A stretch of 63,210 bases of DNA, the filler included. It is 14 parts of 14 records of this genome, joined end to end, with 100 filler letters (N's around TTAATTAATTAA, not from the genome) between each part and the next. Parts side by side here need not be neighbours in the genome. Positions count along the whole stretch, not along the records: positions 1 to 3,508 come from SRR9188676_1789; positions 3,609 to 6,515 come from SRR9188676_1790; positions 6,616 to 8,615 come from SRR9188676_1797; positions 8,716 to 13,133 come from SRR9188676_1801; positions 13,234 to 18,137 come from SRR9188676_1803; 9 more parts are not named here. One strand, 5' to 3'. The translations under genes were made by a program, and so were the position numbers. Positions 1 to 13,298 of the stretch are shown one piece after another. Each line of letters opens with the position of its first letter. Position 1 is the stretch's first letter. The notes under the pieces were generated by a model. The model worked only from the letters and a program-made list of their open reading frames with translations, was not told the origin of the DNA and did not search any database.

Positions 1-52
1 TGGTGAGAGTGATAGTGATAGTGATAGTGATGTGAGAGTGATGTGTGCATAC

Positions 53-3000
53 GGAGATTTCCTTTTCGACCTCGGACAGGCCCGTGGGGTTGAGAATAGA
101 GGACACAGACGTTCGCGTGGTGAGCGGGGTGTGTGATAGGGGAGGGTGCGCCATGTCCGTTGAGGCATACAGTGAAGAGTGGTGCGCGTGCATAGGTGCA
201 TGATGAGGATGAGGGCTCACATGCTGCGAGTGAGGCGGGGGAGTGCTCGGCCTGCTATTCCTATCCGTGTCCCCATTCCCGTTGCCAGTGCCATACCCCA
301 TATCCATATCATCAAGCCTCCCACTAGCACTATCAGTAGAGACTCGAGACTGGGTCTGATGAAAAGAATGAGGGCCATAAAGAATATTCGGTCCTTGTGA
401 GGATGCTGATGAATCTGAAGGTACAAGTCTCGTAGTATCATGTGCCTGAGGCTGGGGGTAATCGCGCGAGTATGTGGCTGACTGTGGGCTCAAACTGGAT
501 GAAGAAATAGAATCGGGCTTGGAGGGACAGGTGGAGGATCTGGCAGTGCCTGTAGGTGTGGATGTAGATAATGAGGTTGAAGATGATGATGATGAAGATG
601 AAGATGATGAGGAAGATGATGATGCAGGGGGTAGAGGTAAAGACGAGAAGCGAGGGCGGAACAGGCTTTCATCCAGAATGGGGTGGGTGTGGTCCATGAG
701 GTCAGACCCGGAACCCTTTACCTCGTGGAGATGCATTGGCTTGGAGTCTGAGCAACTGCTAGTCCTTGTACCTGCGATGCTTTTATCCGTGGCTTTATCC
801 TCCTTGTCAGTGTGCGGATGTGCAGTTACATCAGTAGCTGCAGCAGATGCTAATGATGATGCTGTTGCAGATGATGATGAAGTCAAAGGTTGAGGCGAGG
901 CAGGGTGGGTGTGGGTGTGAGATGAGGACAGAGGACTGGGTCCAGGGCCGGGCGCACCCATTGATATCGGGGCAGGACCGCTGCTGCCAGGAGAAAATGA
1001 TGAAGAAGCACGCCTCTCAGGGCTCCCACTAGCTGCATTTGCATTTGAATCATGGGGAGTGCCGGGGTGATCCCGCCGGGGAGAGTGACTGCGAGAAGGG
1101 GAGTCGTGGCGGGAGGGGGAGTGCGTGGGTGTGGATGTGGGCGTGGCAGGCCTCGAACTATGACTATTATTCGTGTTGTCCGGAACAGCGTGGGTATCTT
1201 TCGTGGCAGCACGGTGGCGCGACGAGGGCGATGACATCGGGCTCCCCGCGCCCCGCCTTGGGCTACCAGGACCGCTAGGACCATTAGGACCATTTAGAGA
1301 GCTCGGGTTTGCAGCTGAGGATGGGCTGGAAATGGAATGTGAGGGCTGAGAGAGTTGTGATGGCATTGGAGGAGGCAGTGGAGGTGTCTTTACGTCTGTG
1401 CCTGTGCCTGATTTCTGGGATGAAAATGAGGATGGTGATGGCAGTGGTTGTGGTGAGGGTGTGTTCGGCGAGTCAGTCGGGCGCGATGGCTGATGCTGAT
1501 AACTTGAATGGGGCTGAGAATATGGATTCTGGGTGTAATGAGAAGGGGATGATCCCGATGCAAGGGAGGTCTGGTTCAGACCCGGGTATTGCTGGCCTGA
1601 GTACATGGTGCTGAGGTGGCTGCCACTAGGGGAATGGTTCATCGGGGAGTAAGGGTCCTGCTGCTGGGGGGTACTATAGCTATTGATAGTAGGGGGGCGG
1701 AGCGGCTGGGAAGGGGAAGGCATGCCGGGGTATGGGGTACGGCCCGAGGAGGGGGTAAGGTTGTAGGGGGAGGGATACATGGGGGTGGGGGTGCTGGAGG
1801 GATGTGTGGATGGGAGGTAGGGGGTGTGTGGGTCGTGTGACATGGGATGTGGCTGGGTGTGTGTCGGGGAGGGCAAGACAGCTTCGTTATGACGTAAGGG
1901 GGATGAATTAGAGACGTCCATAGGGTACCCCGGACCTCCACTCATTCGGGAGGAATAGTTCATGTTGGCTGGGTTTGTATGGGGGCCGAGCCCTGCAGAA
2001 TGAGGGTCAGACCCGTAGGCTGGATAGTTGGGATAGGGGCCAGAAGGCAGCTGAGGGTAAGACGACTGCGGGGAAGGATGGGATTGTGCGTGGTGGGAGG
2101 GGGATGGGGAGGGGTATCCAGTACTGCTGGGTCCGGACATCGAGGGATGAGCAGGGTAAGGCCCAGACGTGTTGGGGGGAGGGCCCATGGGGAACTGACT
2201 GGGCGGGAAGTTGCCTGGGTGGGAAGGGGAGGCTGAGGCCGAAGACCGCACGTGGCTGCTAGCGTTGACTGATTCTGACTGACCCATGCCCTTATTTCCC
2301 ATACCCATGCTTCCCATACTCATACCCATATTATTTCCCATGCCCATTCCACCCATAGACGCAGGACCAGGCGGGGTAATTCCACTGTGTGGTGCTGGGG
2401 GTGGGGGTGGCATAGGCGTGTGTGAGTGGGGGTGAGGGACAGAGGGAGGCATTGGCATTGGCGCGGCATTGGCAGCACGGATGCGGTACGGCATATTACC
2501 GGGGTTCGGACCCTGGCCAGATGAGGGGTTCTGATGATTACCGGGAAAATTCTGACGGAACGAACCAGCCATAGTAATACCAGCCCCAGAGATAGAGCCA
2601 GGGCCTAACCCGGTGGTGCCAGGCGGACCCATGGTACCCATAGAAACCAGAGCGCTGAGCGACCCGCCCATTGGACCAAGAGGGCTTAAAGTAGAGGGGC
2701 CATTCGGGGAGGGGGAGGGTAAGTGAGAAGGGGGGGTGCCAACTGAGGACAGGCCTACAACACCTGGCTTTGCTGCTGAATGGTGCTGGGTCATACCCAG
2801 ACCCATACCTAGACCTGGTACCCCGGTCCCAGCCCCCCCAAGACCCACTGTCACAGAGGCCAGCCCTGCTCGCTCCTTGGACTCTGCCCCGTAGGAACCA
2901 CGATCTGGTGTTGTTGCTGTAGAGGGGGGGAGGGGTAGTGCTGGGGTGGACCCTGGTACCTGCGTGCTATTGTTAGGATTATTATTGGTACTAGGACTCG

Positions 3001-3508
3001 TACTCGTCATACCGGGTCGCCCGGGCACCTTAAAGGTTGTTGGCATGGATCCCCCTGGCATAATGTTCATCATCATATTCGTGTTGATGTTGTTTAAGTT
3101 CATGTTCATGTTCATGGGAAGGTTAATTGGCACGGGGGTAGGTATGGCGCCCACAGAGGTCCGAGGGTGGCTCGAGTAGGAGGGTGCGATCCACGATGAG
3201 TCAATATCCACCCCAACCAAATCCATTCCCATCCCCATACCCATACCCCTATAATTCGCGCGCATGAAACCATCCCCATCCGAGGACGATCTACTCGGAC
3301 CCTTACCCCCATTCGCACCCCCACCACTCAACATATTCATGTTCTCCCCGAGTCCTGTGACACTGCTGCCTAACCCGGGAATCCCACCAGATCCCATCCC
3401 AGAGGTAGAGCTAGATCCCAGTCCGGACCCATTAGAACTCGAGCCCAGACCCCCACCACCACTGGTACTCATACCGGCACCCATACCCATACCCCTACCC
3501 ATACCCAT
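53..3508 (-). CDS. Large exon (~1150 codons) of a low-complexity Pro/Ser/Gly/His/Met-rich, probably disordered eukaryotic protein; partial at both ends
   Basis: Manual minus-strand translation gave one uninterrupted frame across the contig (MGMGRGMGMGAGMSTSGGGG...PINLPMNMNMNLNN...HPHSHTPMPPPPP...SPRRDHPGTPHDS...LSEVEKEIS). It ends at a GTATGC donor-like site at 52-47. The ORF track missed it because there is no in-window stop. Confidence 0.75.
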
Positions 3509-3608
3509 NNNNNNNNNNNNNNNNNNNNNNNNNNNNNNNNNNNNNNNNNNNNTTAATTAATTAANNNNNNNNNNNNNNNNNNNNNNNNNNNNNNNNNNNN
3601 NNNNNNNN
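3509..3608. other. Artificial contig linker N44-TTAATTAATTAA-N44, first of 13. Others start at 6516, 8616, 13134, 18138, 23925, 27298, 29577, 34437, 38555, 42430, 48681 and 51899.
   Basis: Identical 100-nt spacers containing stop codons in all six frames. Composition and taxon change across several of them. Confidence 0.98.
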
Positions 3609-3627
3609 ATGCAGTCTAATACATACC

Positions 3628-4520
3628 AACTTCGCCCGTAGATGAAGATCACACGTAACGTGCTGTTCTGGAACTCAGGGGGGTTTTGTTGCGCATGTGC
3701 AAGGGTTTGGTCAAACAGGGAGCCCAAATTGCATTGTCTGAAGTCTCCAGAACATTCCACATAGTTGAGCTGCTCAAGAAAAGCCTATTATCAATAGAAA
3801 AGAAGACAAATAGACACGGGAATGCCAGAATTTAGCTCTATCCATTTAGCTCAGCAATTTGTTTGGTGCAGAATTACTAAACAATCTTAGCAAGAATGAG
3901 GCCAGATTGCGTTTCTGAAGTCTCCAGAGCATTCCAGATAGTTGAGCTGTTCAAGAAAGACCTATGATCAAGTGGGTGTGAATATGAGTGTGGGGAAGAA
4001 TTCACCATGTACGGCAAAGTGTATGGGGATTGTTCAGTACAAAGTGAGAAAGAAAGAGAATAATGATAAAAGCTTCGAATGAGAGAGAGGAAAGTGATGG
4101 CGAGAGAATTAACGAGTTGGAAGAGAAGTGGTAAGGATGAACGTGGTGAAAAGTTGAAAAATCATGCGAAGAGAAGATATAGGGATAGAAAAACAACAAC
4201 CATATGTGATGAATCACGATATAAGTGAGAAAACGAGGGGCTCTTACATCTGGCTTGCTAAAGTCCAAGCACCATTGCACATCCGTCAGCAAGGTGCACA
4301 ATCCAAATCGATGCCTGTTGTCCAGGACTGATTTCGAACGAACGATTGTAGAAATGCCTTGCTTCACCACTTCAAGTCGTGTTGGATTCTGGCTTGGCTG
4401 GTTTTTCCCATAGCTCAGCTTTCGTTCATCCATCTCACTTGAAACATCAATGCAGAATAGGATTCGCTCCGGACAATGCGCATCCGAGAGAGATTGCAAA
4501 AAACTTTTGTTATTCTCCAT
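3628..4520 (-). CDS. BABAM1: BRISC/BRCA1-A complex member 1 (MERIT40/NBA1) vWA-like protein, spliced, 3' partial
   Basis: Exon 1 PERILFCIDVSSEM...IVRSKSVLDNRHRFGL and a later exon AFLEQL...CNLGSLF...LRVIFIYGRS match the BABAM1 pattern (PEKVIICLDLSEEM...FVRTKHKIDKSHEFAL...VRTILVYSR). Confidence 0.8.
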
Positions 4521-4718
4521 CTTATAAGAAATGTCCAGAAGAAGTGATCAAAAACACCAAAAGAATCAACACAAGAATATAGAAACCGCTGAAAGGTTAA
4601 TATAAGTGTTAGCCATCCCCGGAGATGTCATTGTCCTTCCCTGATAAATGAACGGATCTATTTTTGGAGTATGAATGAATGAATGAGAAAAACACGATAA
4701 TTCTCTGCTAAAAACACG

Positions 4719-6278
4719 ATGGCATTTCAAAGACCACATACCTCTGATGTATCCTATCGAGATCCCTATCACGGGCACTTATATGGCTCGAGACCTGCAT
4801 CTCGGGCTCGAACAAGTCATAATGATGTTCCCGCTCCACCTGCCCGATTGCCTGTTCCCGCTCGACATGTCGCATCAGAGGACACCCCTGTAAGGTCTAA
4901 GCGATTTGTCAAACCGATCAATGTGAATACCGGAGAGGAACCAAGCAGTGCCACTGCAGATGCTCCAAATCACTATGTTAGCTTTATTGAAGATCCTTTC
5001 AGTTATCTTGACACCACACCGTCAGCTGCATTGAGAAGGCCGCGATCTACCCCAAGGTAATTTTCATTCTTTTTTACAGAGAGAGGAGCTTAATTTTCTG
5101 ACGATTCCTTCATCACCTTGATATTACATTCTTTTCTGAACCACGGGAGGATTATTGTCACGACGGGTTACATATTCAAGTACGATAAAATTCAATAGGA
5201 TGAAAAATTGACTAGTCTGAAGTTACCTGCTGTGGGATGCCTGCAAAACGGTTCTCATGTTGCCGATGCATCACGTTTCCTTCTCTGCAATACTCCAAAC
5301 AACCAAATGCATCATTTCTGAGACAGCCTCTTATTTAAACATAAGATTCGGCAACTTGGACAAAACTTCTCAATCAGAAATCACGACCGAAAAAATCTGA
5401 TGCACACTTGGGTCACGTCAAATGAAAAGGAACCTGATTCAATTTTCAAAACAAAGCAAAAATGGGCTTAAGGGACAAAGACCCGATAATCGCTCTTTGA
5501 AATTTCAGAAAAACGATTCAGCTCCCTTTTAATTTGACATGATGAAACTATGTTCCCGCAGCCTGGCTTGATTGCACCTATGAATACGTGATGAATCCTT
5601 TCACAAAGCGCCTTGGAAAAGAATAACCTCATTATCATATTCATTCACCTGTCATATTCTCACATTGCAATTCGCACAAGCCATTATTTCGCTCGAGCGG
5701 GTCAATATCTTATTTTTCCCTTTTCGTCCCCTGAAGGGAGAATTATGTTCTGGAGCGAATGGTGTTAGGGTTGACTCATTTGTGACCCATTAGTCCTTTC
5801 TTTTTAATGAATTTGAACGCTTTATTCTTTCGCTATTCGGCTTTCACAAACATTTCATCTTGTGGTGATCTGATTCAACAAGCGCTTTCTGCAATGCAAT
5901 AAATGATGATGATATATTGATGATCTTGTCTATTTCATATTTCATCATCATCATCATCATCACCATATTCAGTTTCTTTATTTTCGTCTCACTCTCTCTT
6001 TTTCATTCCCCCCCCTCCTCCATTTCCATTTTCGATTTTCGATTTTTTTTTTCCATTCCCCCCCCTAACAGTGGAGCTGAACGGCGGCGGCCTAGGATAT
6101 GGGATTTAACAGAACAGGAGTTAGAGGCTGGGTTGGAACATGTCTCAGGATTACCCCCCATGGGGCAGACCCCCCCTATGGGAGGGGGGGGTAGACCGGG
6201 AAGCGTGTCCTCAGCCACCTGGAAGCATGGTTCATTACCTGGCTTAAGGCCAAACACATCACAATCTTCACTAGGACG
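4719..6278 (+). CDS. Hypothetical spliced protein (exons about 4719-5056 and 6073-6278), partial
   Basis: ATG-initiated ORF ending at AG|GTAATT. A second coding-like exon follows a polypyrimidine/CTAACAG acceptor and ends at GTATGT. Confidence 0.5.
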
Positions 6279-8309
6279 GTATGTGCAAAGTAATTATGCA
6301 ATAATTATGGGAATTATGAGCTTATTTTCTTTCAGTATGTGGAGCTTCAGGCCAGATTGCTTGTTCCTCAAAATAAGGCATCATTTCCCACAAAGGTGTT
6401 TTGTTTTGTTTTGTTTTGTTGAATCAAAATAATATCCACTGACACATCATATTACCATTTCCATTATCACAAAGACATCTTATTTTTTCTGCTAAGACTC
6501 GGTGGGAAACGAACTNNNNNNNNNNNNNNNNNNNNNNNNNNNNNNNNNNNNNNNNNNNNTTAATTAATTAANNNNNNNNNNNNNNNNNNNNNNNNNNNNN
6601 NNNNNNNNNNNNNNNTTTGGTAATTATGAGCTTATTTTACTTATGAATCTGTTTTATGATCTTTGTGGAGTCGATGATCACAAGATAATCTTGCATATCC
6701 AGCTTCGACCTGATAGCTCTGGCTGCCATCCTTCGCTATGATTCAATATACGAGATCATTTGAGAGAATCTTCACCGGTTCGGCTGAGATATGTGCGTGT
6801 GAGATGGGAATATGTTCTTCCGAAACATTTTTGAGACTGGAAGGATTCGTTTTAACTCAATTCTAGTCCAAAAATCCCAGTGTTCTGACGTTTGGATGCC
6901 GGTATACAGACGTACGGTGCGACGCGTCAGAGTAGCCTGATCACCCTCACCACGCTATGCCCGGCCTTCATGGCACCCTACCTTGCTGATCAGGTGTGTG
7001 ATCTGCATATCCATTCGCTGAGCATTCATAGGCTTATACCACAACAAAGGCGATTGTTTTGGGTTCTCAGATACCAGGATAATGTCGATCGATGTGATTG
7101 TACGTTGTGACCCTGTCCATATTGAGACTGCTGGGAAACTTCGATTGATAACGCAATACATTCTTTTCCCCTCTTGTCTCTCTGAGCTGATAATTGGACA
7201 GGACTTTATCTAAGCTCGGAATGGCATGTGTTATGGGTTACGGATTGATATGAACATCTCCACAGTGAGAAATACATTCCTCTACCTTACCCTACCCGAC
7301 CCTACTCGACCCTACCCAACCCCACCCCATGGCAGACGTTGAGGGATCACTTCTTCACCGAGATGTAATTTGACAAGATGCTGAATTATTTCACTCCATT
7401 TTGTTCTGGTGAATCTGGCCCCCATTACTTGATACAATGCGACACGCTGATGTACTTCTGTTCTGACACTTTTAGATTTACAATCGTGAAACGATGATTA
7501 TGGTGCGGTCAGACTGCCTGCATATCCTCGGCGCTGCTGCTATCAGGATGTCAGGCAGGGAACTCCCGCTGCTCACAGCTCAGAACGTCCCATCAGCCAA
7601 GGGAAACTCCAGGTAGTGATTCCACTCCACGTTTTGCTCAATATGAATGCTATCGAAATGCGTTGAGGATAAGTGAATTATTTCCATCTGAATGATTCCA
7701 ATCGTTTTTCTTCTTTTTCCCCCAAATAACCAAGGCTCGAACATGTTCATAGGACGGACAATTACAACCAGAAACATTGAATATCTCACGATCCTCCCTT
7801 CCTAACCCTTCTTACAAGTCTTGCTCCAAATCGAAATCGATATTTCTCTGCCCAGTTCTGAGAAAAATGGTTCCTGATCTCAAACCAGCTCTTAACGCAG
7901 CGCTAAAAACTAGGCGAAGGTCGATTTTGATATTATCAAATCTACTTTTGATACGATTTACCTTGCCAACCTTGGGCTATCTCCTGGAATCAGGTCCTTC
8001 GAAATTGTGAGCATAGTCTGTAACATTCACATTACCACCTCTGATGCAATACGGGCAACATAATTTGTGGGTGAAATAATGTGGTTCTTCCCAGCGTCAG
8101 CTGTGAGAGGGTCTTAATCCTCGTATCTACGATTCACAAGTTCAGAAAGATTTCGTCCGTCATTTACCTTTTTGTGTCAGTGTTCTTTTGAACTCACCTC
8201 ATTCCACTCTATCCTTTTCTTTTTCCCTTCTGTCCCTCCCTCCCTCTCTTCCTTTTTTTTTTCTTTTTTTCCCCCTAAATTTTCGTGCTCATTCCTGTTT
8301 TTATGTTAG

Positions 8310-8487
8310 ACCAACTGAGCTGAGCGACCAGCCTGGAGAAACACTTGAAATCATGGCAGACGGGCGCAAGGTGTGGGTGTCCAGTGATGGCAAGACAAGA
8401 CGATGGGGTAGGAGAGGGATCAGAGGTTCATCTGATCCTACGAATGCAAATGGTGTCTCGTCTACCCCGGGAAAGAACGCCTTTCAG
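8310..8487 (+). CDS. Isolated internal exon of an unknown protein
   Basis: Long pyrimidine tract plus TTAG acceptor, open frame PTELSDQPGETLEIMADGRKVWV...KNAFQ, then a GTACGC donor. Confidence 0.4.
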
Positions 8488-9680
8488 GTACGCTACGGTA
8501 TTCTCAAGAGGGGGGTGTTTATTTCAGGGGATAGACAGGGTTTTATTTCAGGCGAAGACAAGGGGATATACAGGGGGAAATTTCATAAAGGCCGTGGGCT
8601 CAACTTTGCTCGGTANNNNNNNNNNNNNNNNNNNNNNNNNNNNNNNNNNNNNNNNNNNNTTAATTAATTAANNNNNNNNNNNNNNNNNNNNNNNNNNNNN
8701 NNNNNNNNNNNNNNNTCCCCCGTCACCATACTGCTGACGTAGCACAGCATTATCGTTCCGAACACGTTATCCAATAGAAAAAAGAGAATTCTCACGTCGA
8801 AACCTCCCCAGGCAAGCAGGCTTTTGCTGAGGTGGGTCACCGCAACTCAATAGCGATCTGAAGCGAAATCCTCCTTTACAAAGGTTTGAGGGGTCGTGTG
8901 CCCAAACCTGCATTTGCTAACGGTGAGCATGTGAGCATCGTTTCAGGTCGGTTACAGTTGCGGTGACCCATGGGTATATATCAGTCTTTCTTCCCGCACA
9001 AGCTATGAGCCTTCGTTCTCGTGATATTTTCGGAGAGAGTTAAAGGAGAAGGTAGGGAAGAAAGGGATGTCTCTGGACGCGCTGATGTGGTAGCAACATT
9101 CTCCCCCAAACTGAGGTCCAAAGAACCCTCCGTACCAGAACAATCTGTGCAGTATGGATGTGCTGTGCGATTCTCATTATTACTGAGCCTATTGCCTCAC
9201 GATCATACTGATCGAAGGCTAAAGAGAATGAATGGGTGTGTGTGGAGTATCGGGATCGGACAGCGTAGGGTAGGTGGGACTCACGATCATATATGCAGAC
9301 GCCCCGGGGGGGAAAATTGATTGCTGGCTGAACTGATGAGACATACATTTATACTGTTCTGTAGATAGTATGAATATATGATGGAAATGAATGCAGAACA
9401 TATCAGAGAGATAGGAATCTACCTCTCATTGGAGATACAAAGTGTAATCTCGAGTCCAACTCCAAAGCCGAGAAGATATTTCGACATATTATCCCACTCT
9501 TAGGTGAAAAAAAACAAATGAACTCAACCATCTCATCAGGAGAACATCAAGAAGTGGATGTGGAAACAATTGAGATAACGATCATTGCGTTTCAGTCAAA
9601 AGCGCAGGGTAGTTTCCAAGCAAGAAGTACAGATGGAATGCAAAATATCACGAAAGACAACGATAAATCAATAACCGTAC

Positions 9681-10486
9681 TTGAGCTCCTCCACCTGGCC
9701 GGAGAGGCGTGTAACATCAGCTTCTCGAAGTGCTTCGAGCTCTTGACGTAACTTCCTGAGCTCCTCCTAGCAATATCCACAATAAAGAATGAATAGATTA
9801 GAGAAAATAAATCGAGAAAGTCAGAACGATCAAGAGCTGTGGTCAAAGGCACATGAGGTGATCAGATCTCAGCGATTCTGCAGTATTATTCGCTCATAGG
9901 TCTGTATACTTAGTACATTTTCAGTGAAATGCAGACGAGATCAGTCCACCATCTTCTGCAATACCCTCAAGTTCGTGAAGGGAGAGGGGGAATGAACGAT
10001 GATGTATATGAGCCATACCGCATGATCAAAATTTAGCTTGGTTAAAATATTGGACATCTCTGCAGAGTGTGCATTGCGAATTCGTTTGACTTCGTCGTCG
10101 TGCCTTTTTGTGAAATAGCCTGCGCGATCCTCAGCCTTTTCCTGTACTTGTTTCACTTCTTCTTGCACTTTTGCCGCAAACTCCCGAGACAATTTACCCT
10201 CCAATTCCTTGCAATATCTCTGCAATCTCCGAACCTCCTGAGAGCACGAGCAAAAAGCAGGTACAAATTGACGCAAATGGTCAAAACATTACATCTCGAT
10301 GAGGTGGGTTTAAAGATGATTCATTTTTATCAATACCTCCATCATTTCATCTGTAGCCTGGTTGAGCTCCTTGAGCTGCTTAAATTCTGATCCATCACAT
10401 TGAACCGCAGCATGCTGGCGAAGAATGCCATGATATTTGGGCAAACGCTTCGGGCTTGTGGCACGATTCTCCTTTTCGGAGTCCAT
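9681..10486 (-). CDS. Spliced coiled-coil protein, DUF4709 (C10orf67)-like N-terminus; 3' extent uncertain
   Basis: MDSEKEN...HAAVQCDGSEFKQLKELNQATDEMME | ...RRLQRYCKELEGKLSREFAAKVQEE...RIRNAHSAEMSNIL resembles the DUF4709 pattern as I recall it. A later exon reads EELRKLRQELEALRE. Confidence 0.5.
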
Positions 10487-10878
10487 GAGTGGTGTTGTGT
10501 CCTTAAAGCTGAGTTTCAGGGTAATTTCACCATCTGATTGTCATTCGTAACGGATCCGGTGCCTCTCGATAATCGGGGAAGAAAAACCACACGGGTCATG
10601 TGGCATCTGTTTCACTGTTTTCGGACCGTCTCAATCTGCATTCGGTGACTAATCGGAACTGAATCATTATTAGAGAGCATTGTGAGTGATACGAAACGAG
10701 ACGCCAGTTTTTCAGTCGAAAAATGGGCCGATACTTCAGATATTCAAACGTTTTCTTCCATTGGCTCTGTAGAGCAGTTTAGGGGGGTAATATGGACCAC
10801 AGCGCATAAATATTTTTATCTTGATCTGGGGAGGGGTGGGATCTGTTCAGCGTTGAGATCTGGCTGGTCGAAAACACG

Positions 10879-11736
10879 ATGGCACGGGTTGAAGTGAAGG
10901 AAGAAATCACCACGCTGCATATCACGGGCTTTCCCGCAGATGTGAAAGAGCGAGAGCTGAAAAATTTGGTGCGCTTCCTGCCTTTTTATGAAGGCTGCCG
11001 CTTCACTCGGAAGGATGAATCGTGCATGGGGTTCGTGCGATTCGCGACCCATATCGCAGCACGAGACGCCCTGTGCCATTTACATGGCCTCATATTCGAT
11101 GAAGACCATCCTACTACGCTCCGCGTCGCTCTTGCAAATCGCAACTTGCACATTCGACCTGAAGAGGCCGCAAGCCCATCTGCGGTGAACATGCCTTATT
11201 CCAACGGTATAGACCTAGATTTCCCGCGAAACACCCCGAAGGAAATTATTCCACGTGATGTGTACTATCACCGCGAAGCCCAACGAGAGATGGCAGTACG
11301 CGAAAATATGCGGGAACTGTTTTCAGCTTCCTACCCTCCCACAAATGGCCGCGAGCTTCTCCCATTCCCACGCGACCTTCCCTTGAATAATAATGGTCCT
11401 TATCGCATGAATGGAGGAAATTCCCCGTCTCCTAGACGGAAGCGCCGTAAGGCCCCTGAAGGCGGCGAAGATCCCCTGCGTCCTTGCGATACCCTCTGTG
11501 CCCGAAATTTGAATGCCTGGGTTACCGAAGACGAGCTGCGTGCAATTTTCTCGCGATTCCGCGGCTATAAAACCATGAATTTTGTCCCCAAGCGCGACAA
11601 CACTGTGGCATTCATCAAATTCGAGGATGAGACCAGTGCGGCTGATGCACTTCACATGGCCCGCGAAATCTTGCTACCCTCCACTAACGAGCCTTTGCTT
11701 CTTGAATATGCGAAGCGCTCTCTTCGTGAATCCTAA
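10879..11736 (+). CDS. Two-RRM RNA-binding protein, RBPMS/couch potato/MEC-8-like; intronless
   Basis: RRM1 TLHITGFPADVKERELKNL...GFVRF...GLIFDEDHPTTLRVALA and RRM2 PCDTLCARNL...AFIKF...LEYAK are characteristic of this family. Confidence 0.85.
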   Translation: MARVEVKEEITTLHITGFPADVKERELKNLVRFLPFYEGCRFTRKDESCMGFVRFATHIAARDALCHLHGLIFDEDHPTTLRVALANRNLHIRPEEAASPSAVNMPYSNGIDLDFPRNTPKEIIPRDVYYHREAQREMAVRENMRELFSASYPPTNGRELLPFPRDLPLNNNGPYRMNGGNSPSPRRKRRKAPEGGEDPLRPCDTLCARNLNAWVTEDELRAIFSRFRGYKTMNFVPKRDNTVAFIKFEDETSAADALHMAREILLPSTNEPLLLEYAKRSLRES

Positions 11737-13298
11737 AAAAGAATTCATCCTGGACAGGGGCTTTCCCTCTGCCTCTTCTTCGCGCTTTTCCCATTGACCG
11801 ATATATTTTCACACAACAATTCTACACAACAATTCAACTCAGTTTCAGTAGTCATTCATTCATTCTTCTTTCGTCCCCCACTTTTTCCTTATTTTACATA
11901 TCCTCCAAAGTTTTATCTTTTCTACTTTTTCTCATATTTTCTCAAATCAAAACGATATCAGTTTCAGATGAACCCAGCTATCAGCAAACATCAGTTTTCC
12001 GGCATCCCTCCGTGACAGTAACCTCAGTATCAAATCATATTGTAATCTCCTTTTGACTTGCTATTCCAGGAATCACACCATCCACAAACACCTCAAATAT
12101 TATTTCATTCTTTCATGTTTATTTTCTCGCTCTCGGGTATCAATCGAAGTGGTGTTGCCCCCCTGCTCTCCCCGCAGCCTCAGCCTGCATCAACCAGTTG
12201 TTACAAAATAAATCGCTCTTGTTGCTTCTTCGTATTCATTCGATATCGGTCGCTCTGAATATCGAGTTTCGCCCTGAGGTCGGTTAAAGTGTTAAACGCA
12301 AAAACTCCCTGGATTGATACCTCGGAGACAGTTTGGAGCTCGCTAGTCCCCGCAAAGGGCAACACTATCACATCAAGACACTAGAAGAAAAGATTTGGGG
12401 AAGAGGCGGAAGAGGGGAAGCAAATTAGAATAGAGGTAGGAGAGACGCGTCCCGCTGTTTGAATTCTCTGTCACAGTATGTACCTGCAGCACAAGAATGA
12501 TGACAAGGACACAAAGGGCAAAAACAGCAATGATTTGAACATGCTGTTCTCGCCGAGCAGCTTCGACAGCGAGGGCTGACGCTCGATGCCCCGCGGCGTG
12601 GATCGCGACCAGGACGAGAGACTTCACCGACCTGGCGTGAGTTCTAACAGCATGATAAATCAGCCAGGCACAACAAACAATAGCATGGTGTGGCACACTC
12701 ACTTGAGATCATTTTGGAGCTGATGTTGGAGATTGGATGATTTTTGCTTGACCAAGATGCGAGGAGACACACACCTTCCAGCGCCGGACTATCTTCGAAT
12801 TTGGGCGTAATAAGTCTGCAATGAGAGATATAGCGTGCCGAATATTGCGCGGGAGTCGGTGCGGAAAATACACGCGCATTCCAAAAACTCTCGAAGGTAC
12901 CACACCAGGGCACACACTGGGTGGCTGGATATAAAAAGGATCGCGCTCATCAGCAAAACCTGTGGTTGGTGCGAAGCCTCGGCCAACATCGCGGGCGACT
13001 TGAGACTATTTTTTGCAGACTCGACCAACTTGGACCAACTTGGTTCAAAGTCTATAGCTTTTCTTTCTCTATTTCTAGCTTTTATTATATTAAACAATAA
13101 AGTGGGGAACGTTAAAATAATCGAGGGGTTTGTNNNNNNNNNNNNNNNNNNNNNNNNNNNNNNNNNNNNNNNNNNNNTTAATTAATTAANNNNNNNNNNN
13201 NNNNNNNNNNNNNNNNNNNNNNNNNNNNNNNNNGGAGAAAGCGAGAGCTCCATCGATCAAGAACTGTTGTCAATAGGACGAAGGAACCCAGGAAGTGC

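Noticed and set aside
179-3560. Short plus-strand ORFs, including the acidic 474..893 ORF and the Pro-rich 3264..3560 ORF
   Set aside because: They are shadows of the long minus-strand frame.
7280-7330. ACCCT-rich tandem repeat resembling telomeric sequence
   Set aside because: It is a short, degenerate, internal ~10-mer minisatellite rather than a regular telomere repeat.
12373-13133. Overlapping 70-115 aa ORFs on both strands
   Set aside because: No recognisable domain or consistent exon structure.
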